From the NCBI GenBank assembly GCA_963743045.1, contig CAVUOF010000002.1:6713-70712 (forward strand): a stretch of 64,000 nucleotides of DNA, in the 5' to 3' direction. Shown in pieces: positions 11,186 through 26,205 of the stretch. The position numbers and the translations under genes were made by a program. The stretch is from an uncultured Acidobacteriota bacterium (lineage in GTDB: Bacteria; Acidobacteriota; Blastocatellia; RBC074). The notes beneath the pieces are model-generated. The model worked only from the letters and a program-made list of their open reading frames with translations. It was not told the DNA's origin and ran no database searches. Positions within the stretch are counted from its first letter, which is position 1. Every line of letters begins with the position of its first letter.

Positions 11186-12031
11186 ATGTTTGTTCATTTG
11201 CTATTCGCCATTGTCCTGTTGCAGACACCTCGAATGGAGGTCACCTGGGAGCCCGCTGCGCTGGTCAATGGCGCACCTTGTCTTTTTCGCGTCGCTCCGG
11301 CCACTCCGCTCACGTCCCTGTCGGGCACCTGGCTCGGCCACAAAGTCTTCTTCGATTTTGATTCCGAAAAGAGCTCCTGGTTCGCGCTCGCCGGAGTTGG
11401 CGTCGATCAGCCACCCGGCAGTTACCCGCTCCACCTGGAGGCAGTAACACAGACCGGCCTCAAGACTTCATTCAGCCAGCCGGTGACGATTGGCAAGGCC
11501 TCGTATCACACCATTGCTCTGAGCGTCGGTCGCCAGTTCACAGAGCCAAGCGCCCAGCAGCTCGAGCAGATAAAACGCGATCAGGAATTGAAGAGCCAGA
11601 TTTTCGCGACCGTCACACCAACAAGGACGTGGTCCGGTAACTTTGCCGCTCCCGTCGACGCGTCGACTTCGGAAGGCTTCGGCACACAGCGCACCTTCAA
11701 TGGTAAGCGGCAAAGCATCCATCAGGGCCTTGACTACCGCGCGCCTGCCGGGACACCGGTGGCGGCGATGAATGCGGGGACAGTCATCCTCGCGCGTCCG
11801 ATGTTCTTCGAAGGCAATTGTGTTGTCATAGACCACGGCCAGGGCCTACTCTCGCTCTACCTGCATTTCTCCGAATTCAAGGTCAAAGAGGGCGATCACG
11901 TCGCTCGCGGGCAGATCCTGGGCCGGAGCGGGGCCACTGGACGAGTGACCGGGCCCCATCTTCATGTGGCTTTTCGATGGGAGGGTGTCTATGTCAACCC
12001 GGCAACTCTACTGGGGCTTCGGCTACCCTGA
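11186..12031 (+). CDS. M23 family metallopeptidase, exported
   Basis: HQGLDY (HxxxD), IDHGQG, TGPHLH (HxH); AGGAG RBS; hydrophobic N-terminus. Confidence 0.92.
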   Translation: MFVHLLFAIVLLQTPRMEVTWEPAALVNGAPCLFRVAPATPLTSLSGTWLGHKVFFDFDSEKSSWFALAGVGVDQPPGSYPLHLEAVTQTGLKTSFSQPVTIGKASYHTIALSVGRQFTEPSAQQLEQIKRDQELKSQIFATVTPTRTWSGNFAAPVDASTSEGFGTQRTFNGKRQSIHQGLDYRAPAGTPVAAMNAGTVILARPMFFEGNCVVIDHGQGLLSLYLHFSEFKVKEGDHVARGQILGRSGATGRVTGPHLHVAFRWEGVYVNPATLLGLRLP

Positions 12032-12040
12032 GTGACTGAA

Positions 12041-12782
12041 ATGGCCAGAAATCCCTTAGTCATCGCACTGGATGTTGACAGCGCAAGTCAAAGCGCTGGA
12101 CCTCGTCGAGCGACTGCGCGGTCTCGCGGGAATGTTCAAAATCGGCAATCAGCTCTTCACCGCCGAGGGTCCTGAGATCGTCAGGAGGATTACCGGCCTG
12201 GGCGAGCAGGTTTTTCTGGATATCAAGTTTCACGATATTCCGAACACAGTGGCCCGGGCCGCAGTCGCCGCGGCAAGGATGGGAGTCGCGATCTTCAATG
12301 TCCACGCTTCCGGTGGATCGGCGATGATGCGAGCGACCTCGGAAGCCCTCAATGAGGCCGCTGCGAAGGAGGGCTGGCAATGTCCTCTGGTCCTTGGCGT
12401 CACAGTTCTGACGGCATGAACGACGAGACGCTGGTCGAACTGGGCCTCGGCGGGACGACCGAGACTCAGGTGATCCGACTGGCGAAACTTTCGGCAAACT
12501 CGGGCCTGGATGGAGTTGTCGCTTCGCCGCACGAAATTCGCTCGGTCCGCCACGCCGTCGGCAAGCCGGGATTTGTTATACTTACGCCCGGCATACGGCC
12601 TGGCGGATTTGTATCGAAGCCGAGCGCTGACGATCAGAGCCGGGTTATGACTGCGGGTGAGGCGATTCGGGCGGGTGCGGACTTCATCGTCGTCGGCCGT
12701 CCGATTACCAGTGCGTCGGATGCGCTCAGGCGGCCGGAGATTGCTTGAAGAAGTTGAACAAGCAGCCTCGCCCAACGTTTAA
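12041..12782 (+). CDS. pyrF: Orotidine-5'-phosphate decarboxylase, several frameshifts
   Basis: PLVIALD, FKIG, FLDIKFHDIPNTV, NVHASGG, LGVTVLT, LTPGIRP, DDQSR, VVGRPIT spread over three frames. Confidence 0.95.
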
Positions 12783-12834
12783 GAGAGGTTAATAGATAGG
12801 TTAGAGTGTACTCGTCAAGGTGGGACTATTGTTG

Positions 12835-14425
12835 ATGTCGGTGGCGATCAATTCGGACGTTTTTCTTACATTGCGCTGATTACCGGTGCGATCGCGCCGC
12901 AATTCCAGTCTTCGGCACAGCAGTCAGGACTTACACCACCTCCTAAGCCGGTCATTTCGACTGCGCCGGCTCCCGGACCATCGAACGGGCCTTCGCTGAG
13001 AATAGGCGAAAAGCTGACCTTCAATGTCTCGTGGTCGAACTTCGTTACGGCAGGCGAGGCTCGAGCTCGAGCTGGTCTCGCAGGGGGCCTACTTCGACCG
13101 GCCCGGCTACCAGCTGCGAACGAGGGCAACAACCGTCGGCGCCGTGCGTACTCTCTTTCTCGAGCTCGACGATCTATACACTTCGTATGTGGCAACCGGA
13201 ACCATGCTGCCTTACAGGCTGGTCATTTCGAACAGGCGCGGTGCCAGCCATGCCGACGAGACGGTGATCATCGATCAGGCACGAGGCCAGGCCCGCTTCA
13301 CAGACGGCTCGGCGGTCGCCATCCCACAAAACACGTTTGATCTTCCTTCGTTGCTCTATGCGCTTCGCGTGAGAGATCTGCATCCCGGTGCCGTCTATCA
13401 GTTCGGCGCGCTCACCGGGAGAGAGATCATCGACATTACAGCTGAGAGCAAGGGAAACGAGCGGGTGATTACGCAATCCGGCGGCTACGATGCGGTTCGT
13501 GTGGATACTGACAGCCCGCACTCACGGTGATAAGTATCACGCCAGAGCCTACTTCACCGCAGATGGCCTGCGGATGCCGGTCCTCATTCTGGTTCGCCTT
13601 CCGTTTGGTGAGATCCGGGCGGAACTCGCAAACGTGGCGCTCGGTGCGGGCTCAAAAGGCTTTGTAGCCTCTCAATCCTACGAACCACCAGTACCCAGCA
13701 CGTCAGTTTCGCCGAACGAGATCATCAACTCGGTACGCGGCGACATCCCGTCTCAATATGAGCTCAACCTCCCATTTTGCGTTGGAGAGAGACTCAACTA
13801 TGACGTCTCGTGGGCGAGTCTCGCATCGGTCGGCAAGGCGAGCTTCGAGGTCAGGCAGCAGGGCCAGCTCGGTGATCACCGGGTCTTTGAGATGGTTGGA
13901 GAGGTCTCAACAATCGGCATCGCGCGCTCGATGATCAACGTCGATACTCAACTGACGAGCTATGTAGACGCGCAGGCACTCTCTCCGACGAAGACCTATC
14001 TCAAGCTTATTGAGGGCCGGCGTATCCGTCAGACCTGGGCTGATTTCGACTGGAAGGGCGGTAGCGTCAAACTGAGTGACGGAACGTCGGTCAAGGTGCA
14101 GCCCCAAACGCTCGATCTCGTGTCGCTCTTCTATAATGTGCGGAGTGCGGACCTGAAGATTGGTACGTCACGCACCTTCGCCTATCTTGATGCAAACCAT
14201 CGTTTGAAGTCTCTGACAGTCAAGGCGATCAAGCAGGAGACTATTAGCAGCCTCTTTGGACCCGTGGCGACGACGCAGCTCGACGTCATTCTTCCTGAAC
14301 GGAACTTCCTCGTAGCCCAGGCATATCTGACCGCCGACTCAAGGCGTCTGCCGGTCTATGTAGCAATCCACCAGATTTTCGGTGAAGTCCGCTTTCAACT
14401 TGCCGGCGCGGTCGGAACCAGGTGA
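12835..14425 (+). CDS. Tandem DUF3108-domain protein, frameshifted
   Basis: Two homologous halves, GEKLTFNVSWSNF and GERLNYDVSWASL, each with a DLxSLxYxxR motif and a C-terminal TADxxRxPV...FGExR. Start uncertain. Confidence 0.7.
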
Positions 14426-15381
14426 GCGCGCGCGTGCAGGAGCAATCGACCGAAAACTCGCACGCACCGCGGCGGAGCCCGCTCAGGACATATATTGAGT
14501 ACGCTGCGGCGCGCGTTCTATTGGGAATCATCGGGGTCTGGCCCCGCTCGATCGCGGTGCGGGCGGGTATGGCCACAGGCGCCCTTGCGCGGGCTCTCTT
14601 TCCGCGTCTTCGAAGGAATGCCGAGATCAATCTCAGGCTGGCCTATCCGGAACTCGATGAGGGCGCGCGGCAGCGGATACTGAAGGGAAGCTTCCGCAAC
14701 CTGGGGAGGCTTCTCGGTGAGATCAGTCAATTCCCGCGTCTCAATCGCGAAAACATCTCTTCAGTTGTCGTCTACGAAGGTCTGAATCACTTTGAGGAAG
14801 CACTCAAGACTGGTCGTGGTGTGGTTCTGCTGACGGGCCACATTGGCGCCTGGGAGCTCTCCGTCTTCGCTCACTCCGTTTACGGGTACCCGATGTCGTT
14901 CCTTGCCCGAAAGGTCGACAATCCTCTGGTTGAGGGGCTTGCAGAGCGTTACCGTCTGAGCTATGGCAATCGAAGCATCGACAAGCGCGGCTCGATTCGC
15001 GAGGTATTGAAGACTCTCAAGTCCGGTGGAGTAGTCGGGATTCTTGCCGATCTCAATACGACTCGCGACGAGGGAGTCTTTTGTGATTTCTTCGGCACGA
15101 GCGCCTGTACCACAGCTGGTGTGGCTACGCTTGCCTTGAGGACCGGCGCGCTGGTTGTGCCGGGCTACCTGATCTGGGATGAGCAATTGGGTAAGCACCA
15201 GCTGCGATTCGAGCCGCCGATCCCGATAATTGAAACTGGCAACCAGCGCGAGGACGTGATAGCCAACACCGCGCAGTACACGAGGGTGCTCGAGGCTGCG
15301 ATCCGGCGGCATCCCGATCAGTGGCTCTGGATTCACCGTCGTTGGCGGACTCGCCCGCCGGGTGAGCCGGAGATCTATTAG
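14422..15381 (+). CDS. lpxL: Lipid A late (lauroyl/myristoyl) acyltransferase, LpxL/HtrB family
   Basis: LLTGHIGAWE, ILAD, FFG, PDQWLWIHRRWR. Confidence 0.88.
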   Translation: MSARVQEQSTENSHAPRRSPLRTYIEYAAARVLLGIIGVWPRSIAVRAGMATGALARALFPRLRRNAEINLRLAYPELDEGARQRILKGSFRNLGRLLGEISQFPRLNRENISSVVVYEGLNHFEEALKTGRGVVLLTGHIGAWELSVFAHSVYGYPMSFLARKVDNPLVEGLAERYRLSYGNRSIDKRGSIREVLKTLKSGGVVGILADLNTTRDEGVFCDFFGTSACTTAGVATLALRTGALVVPGYLIWDEQLGKHQLRFEPPIPIIETGNQREDVIANTAQYTRVLEAAIRRHPDQWLWIHRRWRTRPPGEPEIY

Positions 15382-15415
15382 CCCAAGCCGAGGAGCATAC
15401 TCATTCCGTGACCTT

Positions 15416-15564
15416 GTAGGGGCAGGGCTTGTCGCTGCCCGCCCGGCGCCGTCTGGCGCCGGTAACCATCAAGGATTGCGTTTTGCGCTTTCATCGGCCC
15501 GCTTGAAAATGTTACCCGTGCCGCCGCACGGCACGGGTTGCTTCCATGGACAAGCCCTGCCCCT
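15416..15564. repeat. GTAG-type REP pair, family C
   Basis: GTAGGGGCAGGGCTTGTC...GACAAGCCCTGCCCCT. Internal CGTCTGGCGCCGGTAA is shared with 4747 and similar to 24637. Confidence 0.8.
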
Positions 15565-15594
15565 GAGGGCAATGTTACGCAAAAGCACTCGATC

Positions 15595-16750
15595 ATGATC
15601 GTCGCCGGGGAGCCATCGGGCGACAAGCATGGCGCGAGCCTTGTCCGAGCCCTGCGCGCGCTGCGCCCGAACGATGACTGGCAGATCTTTGGCGCAGCCG
15701 GAGACAAGATGCGCGCCGCCGGTGTCGAGACAATCCTCGACGTCAACGATGTCGGCATCATGGGCGCAGCGGCAGTTATCTCCAGGCTCCCAACCTTCCT
15801 ACGAGGCTTCCGAGATTTACGTCGCGCCGCGCGTGAACGGCGACCCGACGCTGTGGTCCTGATTGACTGGCCCGATTTCAACATGCCGCTTTCGAATCGG
15901 CTCAAGCGCGACGGCCAGAAGGTGATCTACTACATCAGTCCGCAGGTATGGGCGTGGCGTACCTATCGCGTCAAGGCGATCAAACGCAACGTTGATCGAA
16001 TGATCGTCATTCTCCCGTTCGAGCGCGATTTCTATCAGCGCGCCGGCGTCAACGTCGACTACGTCGGACACCCACTGGTGGATACGGTGCAGGTAACGGC
16101 AACGCGCGGAAGAATTCTGTGGCCGTCACGGCTTTGACACGAGCCGTCCAATAGTCGCGCTTCTTCCGGGCAGCAGGCGTTCGATCATGAGATTTATTCT
16201 GCCGGTGGTGTTCGAGGCTGTAACACTTCTCGAGAAGACACATCCGGATCTGCAATTTGCGGTAGCGCTCGCACCGACCGCAGCTCGTCTCGAGGCCGAG
16301 CAGCAGTTGGCGGCAATTGGCGGTTTCAAGAATCTGCGGCTCGTCTTTGACGACACATATAATGCGCTTGCCGCGTGCCGCGTGAGCGCAGTCGTCAGCG
16401 GCACGGCTACATTGGAAGCAGCCATTATTGGAGCGCCGATGGTTGTGATCTATCGCGCATCCTGGCTTGACTGGAATCTCTTCTGGCCGATGATCAATGT
16501 CGAATCTGTCGCGCTGCCCAACCTGATTGCGGGGCGCAATATCGTTCCCGAGCTCTTACAAGATCGATTGACTGGTGAAGCGCTCGCAACTCACATTGCC
16601 GATTTGCTTGACGACGATGCTCGCCGCGAGCAAATGAGGAAAGACCTCGCACTTGTCCGTGAACAGTTGGGTGCGCCGCACGCATCAGAGAGAGCTGCAC
16701 AGACAGTTCTTGAGTTGATTCAGGAGACTTCAACCGATTCCCAGGGCTGA
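15595..16750 (+). CDS. lpxB: Lipid-A-disaccharide synthase, frameshift near 16110
   Basis: IVAGEPSGD, IDWPDFN, YISPQVWAWR, YVGHPL, LLPGSR, SGTATLE, LPNLI. Confidence 0.95.
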
Positions 16751-16752
16751 CT

Positions 16753-16850
16753 CTTAGTATGGAGTGCGGCGACTTGTCGCCGCTTTTGAGTTAGGTCGCT
16801 GCAGTGCCTAACATCAAAAGCGGCGACAAGTCGCCGCACTCCATACTAAG
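16753..16850. repeat. REP-like palindrome, family B (TGGAGTGCGGCGACTTGTCGCCGCTTT)
   Basis: Near-perfect IR between convergent lpxB and asparaginase. Also at 34989, 37541 and partially at 31487 and 58358. Confidence 0.92.
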
Positions 16851-17842
16851 CTGGTGGGCTAGTCACCTTCGAACGACTTACGGACCTGATCGACATTCCA
16901 TCCCGCGCCGAGACCCGAGCATGAGCCTGATTCGCGCCTTGTGACTCGGAATAATCCCACCGAGAATCACTGCCCATGCGTTTGAGTTGCCTGCCCGCCC
17001 CCTCGTACGCATAGGTGTCGAGGACCCTGCCGCGAGGACAGCGCGAGGTGATAACCACGGGAAGGCCCGCCTTGACCGCTCTCTCAATCGCCGGAAGAGT
17101 GGCCACGGTCACATTGCCGCGTCCGAGTCCCTCGATGACAATTCCCTTCGCTCCAGTATCAATTGCGAAATCGATGAAGCGGCCATCGCTGCCGGCGCTG
17201 ACCTTGACCAGATCAACTCTCTCTTCGAGGACTTCACATGCTATATGCTCTCGCCGCGCGGGGCGGCGGGTAACAATAATGCGATCTTTGTCTACAATAC
17301 CGAACGGACCGAAGTCGCGGCTCTGGAAGGTATCGGTCAATTCCGTGTGAGTCTTGGTTGCCTCGCTCGCCGCGATCAGCTGGTCGCTCATGACCACAAG
17401 CACACCCAGTCCTCGAGCGCTGTCGGCCGCTGCCACCCTCGACGGCAGAGCGCAGGTTGCCGGGACCGTCCCAACTCAGTTCAGAGCTGTTGCGCATCGC
17501 TCCGACGAAGATGACGGGCTTTTCGGTATTAAGGACAAGGTCGAGCAGGTAGGCTGTCTCCTCAAGTGTGTCGGTCCATGAGTCACTACGACGCCTGCGA
17601 TAACGGCGTCTGAGAGCCGCGATTCGACTGCTCGCGCGAGGTCCAACATGAGCTGGGGGCGTCATATGCGGTCCAGGCAGCCGGCCAAAATTGTGGATGT
17701 CGAAGTCAGCGACCTGCTCGAGTCCCGGTACCAGGGCAATGATTTCTTCACCCGAAAGGGCCGGTATCGCGCCGCCAGTCTGCGGATCGACTCGCATCGA
17801 AATGGTGCCGCCAGTGAAAAAGATTGCGATTCGTGGTTTCAT
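16846..17842 (-). CDS. Asparaginase, multiple frameshifts
   Basis: FFTGGTISM, TDTLEETAY, GAMR, DGPGNL, ATKTHT, IEGLGRGNV, VITSRCPRG. Confidence 0.9.
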
Positions 17843-17889
17843 GGCGCGACGATTATCAAATAGCGAGTTGATCCCGGCAAGCAAATGGG

Positions 17890-20797
<2,908 letters not shown>

Positions 20798-20816
20798 CCC
20801 GGGTGATAGGATACCT

Positions 20817-21702
20817 ATGAAGAACCTGATTGCCATACTTCTCTTCGTATTCCTGGCACAGCCTTCGAAGATCGACAGCGCGAGGCTGCTCGATGATGAC
20901 AGGACCCTGGCCTCCGATTCGTTCGAAGGGCGCGAGGCGGCCACACCCGGCGGCAAAAAGGCACAGGAGTACATTATCTCGCGGTTCCGGGAGATTCAGG
21001 CTGGCCACCATGGGCAGCACCGGTGATTCGTTCCGCCGGCCATTTACACTGCCCGGCGGCCGAGAGGGTGTAAACCTGGCGGGCTATTTGAAGGGCAGTA
21101 AGTCGCCTGAAAGATACCTGGTTGTTACGGCCCACTTCGACCACCTTGGGATCAAAAACGGGAAGATTTATCACGGGGCCGATGACAATGCTTCGGGAGT
21201 TGCGGGGTTGCTGGCCTCCGCGAGTTATTTCGCAACTCATCAACCGGAGCACTCGATTCTCTTTGTAGCGTTCGATGCGGAGGAGAGTGGACTTCTCGGA
21301 TCGAAGGCGTTCTTTGTCGACCCGCCGGTAAAACCGGAGGCGATGGTCGTCGATGTCAATCTGGACATGATCAGTCGGAACCGCAAGGGCGAGATATTTG
21401 CGAGCGGCTTACATCAGAATCCTTCGTTGAGACCGATTGTTCAGGCGGCCCAGGCGCGAGGCGATCTGAAGCTTCGGCTGGGTCACGACGTTCCGGGTAC
21501 GGGTCCCGAGGACTGGACCAATCAATCAGACCACTACAACTTCTACCTGGCAAAAGTGCCGTTTATCTATCTGGGGGTGGAGGACCACGAGGACTACCAC
21601 AAGCCTACAGACACGTTTGAAAGGATTGATAAGGATTTCTTTATTGCGGCAGCCAATCTGACAGTGGACCTCGTCGCCGCATTTGATAAGCAATTGAAGT
21701 AG
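20817..21702 (+). CDS. Secreted M28 family peptidase, frameshift near 21000
   Basis: Signal peptide, TAHFDHLG, GADDNASG, FDAEESGL, NLDMI, SDH, DYHKPTD. Confidence 0.9.
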
Positions 21703-21769
21703 GCCGCTGGGCCGGAGGCCGTGGAGAGCCCCAAAAGGCACAGGCACTGACGGATCGCGGCACTCCCTT

Positions 21770-22326
21770 TTATCTTACTTTGTGATTATCGGGCGTTTCG
21801 GGCTGGCTCTCGCGGGCCTCCGCTCCACTATCCGGCCGTTTGCGGGCCACGCTCAACGTCTGCCACTCCCTGCCTGCAAAGTGCTTCGCGAGAAAGACAA
21901 TCTGTCCGACATGCTCCGCATAGTGAGTCATCTGGCGGTTGATCGCTTGAAGAACAAGGTGGGGTTGTTTCCTGATGTATACGGTTTGCCCGAGATCAGA
22001 TGGCGTGAGAGGCTCGACGGCGGCAAACAGGCACGCCCATCCGGCCTCCCAGTACTTGAGCAGGCTCTCTCTGCTGTTGCCGGCTTCGATGACAAACTCA
22101 CCGTCTCGATTACGGTTCGCCTTCTCGCCGTCCGAGTTCAGAAAATCGGTCCAACGCGAGAACATGTTTCCCGCAATATGTTTGACGATGATCGCGATGC
22201 TGTTCGATTCGGGGTCCAGCGTCGAAAAGAACTGTTCGTCGGTAACCTGGGCGATAGCCCGATCGGCGAGCTGCTTTAAGCCATGAAACTGATGAGCGCA
22301 TCTTTAAGGTATGCATTCTCATCCAT
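21770..22326 (-). CDS. DUF1572 / DinB-like protein, frameshift near 22280
   Basis: KQLADRAIAQ, NSIAIIVKHIAGNMFSRWTDFL..DGEK..RNRDGEF, HYAEHVGQIV. Confidence 0.85.
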
Positions 22327-22345
22327 AGGGCGGCCCCAAGCAGCA

Positions 22346-22377
22346 GAACGCCAGGCTCTCTGAACCTGGCGTTCCCG
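22346..22377 (-). terminator. Hairpin downstream of the STAS gene
   Basis: GAACGCCAGG-N8-CCTGGCGTTC 10-bp stem; weak U-tract. Confidence 0.45.
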
Positions 22378-22405
22378 GATTCTGACTCAGCAGTGACTTA
22401 CGGGC

Positions 22406-22744
22406 TTATGCGAAGCTCTTGATTGCGTCGGCTTCAGTTTCAAAGACTTCGAAGACAGTAATCAGCTTGGTAATCGTCAGGAGATCGCTGATTCGCTTGG
22501 TAGCGTTCAGAAGCTTGAGCTCGCCGCCGGCACGCTTCACCGTCGTATAGCTGCGCACAATCTCTCCCAGTCCGCCGCTGTCCATATATGGCACGTTGGC
22601 GAGGTTGAGAACCAGTTGCGTCTCTTTTCGTTCAATCAGTTCGTCGATTTTGCGCTTCAGTTGGACGTCACCCTCACCCAGCAGAATCTTGCCATCAACA
22701 TCAAGGACAGTAACGTCGCCGCTCTTGCGCTCGTTAATCGTCAT
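22406..22744 (-). CDS. STAS-domain anti-sigma-factor antagonist
   Basis: VLNLANVPYMDSGGLGE phospho-serine motif; GGAGG RBS. Confidence 0.93.
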   Translation of the reverse strand: MTINERKSGDVTVLDVDGKILLGEGDVQLKRKIDELIERKETQLVLNLANVPYMDSGGLGEIVRSYTTVKRAGGELKLLNATKRISDLLTITKLITVFEVFETEADAIKSFA

Positions 22745-22853
22745 TACGGCCTCCCGGGAAATCTAGAAATAGGTCAAAAAGGCAGCCAGAACCGTACCAC
22801 AGCCGCGCAGGGATTAGCAAGCTTATAGCTAATGTTCTCAGCTTTTAGGGCGT

Positions 22854-22883
22854 TTGACACTCTTGGCGGGCCTCATCTATGAT
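22854..22883 (+). promoter_or_regulatory. Candidate sigma-70 promoter of the mutase gene
   Basis: TTGACA-18 nt-TATGAT. Confidence 0.5.
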
Positions 22884-22926
22884 CAAGAGTTGAGGGCTCG
22901 GAAGCCCCGATCATACTTACACACAA

Positions 22927-24620
22927 ATGGCCAATCCCTCCGACAAGGTAGTCATTACAAGGCTCGAAGAGCTCGAGACCGACTGGGAAGAGAACCGTCT
23001 AAAACCTGTATTGGGGTTGTCTCAGGAAGCGCAGGGCGACCACACAACCGTCTCGCTGAAGCCGGTCAAGGGGCTCTACTCGCCGCGCGATCTCGAAGCT
23101 ATCGACTTCGAAACCGAAATCGGTTTTCCCGGCGCGCCTCCGTTTACCCGAGGCATCCATGCCACCGGATATCGAGGCAGGCTCTGGACGATGCGCCAGT
23201 TCGCCGGCTTTGGATCGGCATTCGATACGAATGGGCGGTTCAAATACCTGCTCGAGCACGGCCAGACAGGCCTCTCAACGGCGTTCGACCTGCCGACCCT
23301 CATGGGCTACGACTCGGACCATCCGCTATCCGAGGGCGAAGTCGGCAAATGCGGGGTAGCGATCTCGTCGCGCGAGGATATGGAGGTGCTCTTCGGCGGC
23401 ATCCCGCTTGATCGCGTGACGACATCAATGACCATCAATGCACCGGCATCGATGATCTTCGCCTTCTTCCTGGCCACGGCCGAGCGTCAAAACGTCGACT
23501 GGAAGCAGCTCTCGGGAACACTTCAGAACGACATTCTCAAAGAATACATAGCGCAGAAGGAATGGATTTATCCTCCGCGACCCTCGATGAGGCTGGTCAC
23601 GGATACCTTCAGGTTCTGTGCGTCCGAAGTGCCTCGCTGGAATTCAATTTCGATCTCCGGCTATCACATCAGAGAAGCAGGCGCGACGGCCGCGCAGGAG
23701 CTGGCCTTCACTCTGCGCGACGGTATCGAGTATGTTGAGCATGGCATCCGTGCCGGCCTCGATGTCGATGATTTCGCGCCTCGACTCTCCTTCTTTTTCA
23801 ATGCGCACAACGACTTCTTTGAAGAGATAGCCAAGTACCGCGCGGCCCGCCGCATCTGGAACCGGGTCATGAGGGAGCGCTTCAACTCGCGAAGTGAGAA
23901 GTCATGTAAACTTCGCTTTCACGCGCAGACTGCCGGCGTCTCTCTCACTGTTCAGCAGCCGCTCAACAACATTATCCGGGTCGCGATACAGGCTCTCGCG
24001 GGCGTGCTTGGCGGAACACAGAGCCTTCATTGCGACGGCTATGACGAAGCTCTCGCACTTCCGACCGAGCGCGCGGCGCTGCTTGCCCTGCGAACCCAGC
24101 AGATCATCGCTCACGAGACCGGCGTCACCAACACGGTCGATCCCATGGGTGGTTCGTACTTCCTGGAGAAGCTGACCTCTGAAATCGAGGAGGAAGCCTG
24201 GGACTACTTCCGCAGGATCGATGCGATGGGCGGGATGATCGAAGCCATTGAGGCGGGATTCCCGCAGAAAGAGATACATGAATCGGCGTATCAGTATCAG
24301 CGCGCGGTTGAGCGCAAGGAGAAGATAATCGTTGGCGTCAACGATTATCGTTATGGAGGGCGACGATCTCGGAGAGGCAAACATTCTCCAGATCGACGAG
24401 TCGGTAGCTCAGCTTCAGGCGGAACGGCTGGCCGAGCTTCGTGCGAAGCGTGATGCCCGGGCGGCCGAGCGCGCCCTTGACGCTTGAAGAGGGGTGCGGA
24501 GCAGCCCGACGTCAACACCATGCCCTGCTCATCGAGTGCGCACGAAGAGATTGCACTCTCGGCGAGATGTGCGATGCATTGCGGCCCATCTTTGGCGAAT
24601 ATCAGGAACCGGAGTTCTAG
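22927..24620 (+). CDS. icmA: B12-dependent acyl-CoA mutase large subunit with isobutyryl-CoA mutase signature, C-terminal frameshifts
   Basis: [57 protein letters not shown]. Phe/Gln at the specificity positions. Confidence 0.8.
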
Positions 24621-24636
24621 TTGCACGTTTGATCCA

Positions 24637-24690
24637 TTAACCCGCGCCGGACGGCGCGGGACGGGCAGGGACAAGCCCTGCCCCAACAAG
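24637..24690. repeat. Family C REP half-element
   Basis: CCGGACGGCGCGGGACGGGCAGGGACAAGCCCTGCCCCAAC matches the element at 15416-15564. Confidence 0.75.
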
Positions 24691-24751
24691 GTGGTCTTCT
24701 GGTGCTGCAATCTCAGAGGAATTGCAACCTTCCAGGAGAAAGGACACGACG

Positions 24752-26195
24752 ATGAAAAGCGGTAAACGATGGGCGGGCCTTCTCGCGGCTCTCTTGTTGG
24801 CCATCGCGAGTGTTCCGGCCTATGCGCAGGCCAAGGGCTCGCCCATGCCAAGGCTCGAGTTCAAGGATGTCAAGCTGAAGAACGGATTGCGCGTGCTCCT
24901 CGTCGAGGACCATTCGGCGCCGGTCATCTCACTGGCTCTGGATTACGACGTCGGCTCGCGCAACGAGCGTCAGGGACGGACCGGCTTCGCGCATCTCTTC
25001 GAGCACATGATGTTCCAGGGTTCAGAGAATGTCGGCAAGAGCGAACACTTCCTGCTGGTCATGAACAATGGCGGGAACATGAACGGCACGACCAATGAAG
25101 AGCGGACGCTCTACTTTGAGACGCTTCCGGCGAATCAGCTGGACCTGCTGCTCTTCCTCGAGTCCGACCGGATGAAGGGCCTGGATATTTCGAGCACCAA
25201 CCTCGAGAACCAGCGCAATGCGGTGCAGGAAGAACGGCGGCTCGGGCTCGACAATCAGCCCTACGGCAAGCTGAACGAAAAATTCGGCGAGACAATGTAT
25301 GACAACTTCGCCTACAAGCACTCCGTCATCGGTTCAATGGCGGACCTCGACGCAGCTACGGTCAATGACGTCAAGGATTTCTTCCGCATCTACTATGCTC
25401 CGAACAATGCCATCATCGCCCTGGTCGGAGACTTCAAGACCGAGGATGCGCTGGCCCGGGTAAAGAAGTATTTCGAGTCGATACCCTCACAGCCGGGCGC
25501 TCCGCCGGTAGACACAGTCGAACCGGCGCAAACTGCAGAGCGGCGATTCACTGTGGAAGATCCGCTGGCTCAGCTTCCATTGCTGACGATTGGATATAAG
25601 ACAATCCCCGGGAATACGCCCGACTCTTACGCCCTGCAACTTCTGGCTTCGGTCCTCGGCACTGGGCAGAGCTCACGCCTCTATCAGAGCCTCGTCAAGG
25701 AGAAGCAGCTCGCCACCCAGATATTCAGTAGTTCGCAGGCTCGCCGTGGGCCCGGCAGTCTTGCAGATCAATGCCCTGGTGGCTCCAGGAAAGAAGTCTG
25801 AGGATGTCGAGGCAGCCGTCTACGAGCGAGATCGCCAAAATCCAGCAGAATGGAGTCACCACAGCCGAGCTTGAGAAGGCGAAGACGTTCGCCCGCAGGG
25901 GCCTGATTCAGTCACGCCAGCAGACGCTTTCAATCGCTATAGGCCTGGTCGAGGCGACTGTGGCGTACAACGACCCGAATCTGGTTAATGAGCGCTTTGG
26001 CAAGATTGAGGCGGTTACTCTCGAGGACGTCAAGAGGGTAGCGAACAAGTACCTGCTCTCAAACAACCGTACCGTAGGACTTGCACAGCCGAAACCAAAG
26101 GCCCAAAAAGCCCAGCAACGATCCTATGACCAGCACTCAATCGAATTGACAAGTCGCGGCCGCAGCTCGCCTGATCTGCAGCCCGCGTCCAGTAA
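24752..26195 (+). CDS. M16 zinc peptidase, catalytic subunit, exported, frameshifted
   Basis: Signal peptide, LKNGLRV, GFAHLFEHMMF (HxxEH), YYAPNNA. Exact stop uncertain. Confidence 0.9.
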
Positions 26196-26205
26196 GGAGA
26201 ATACG

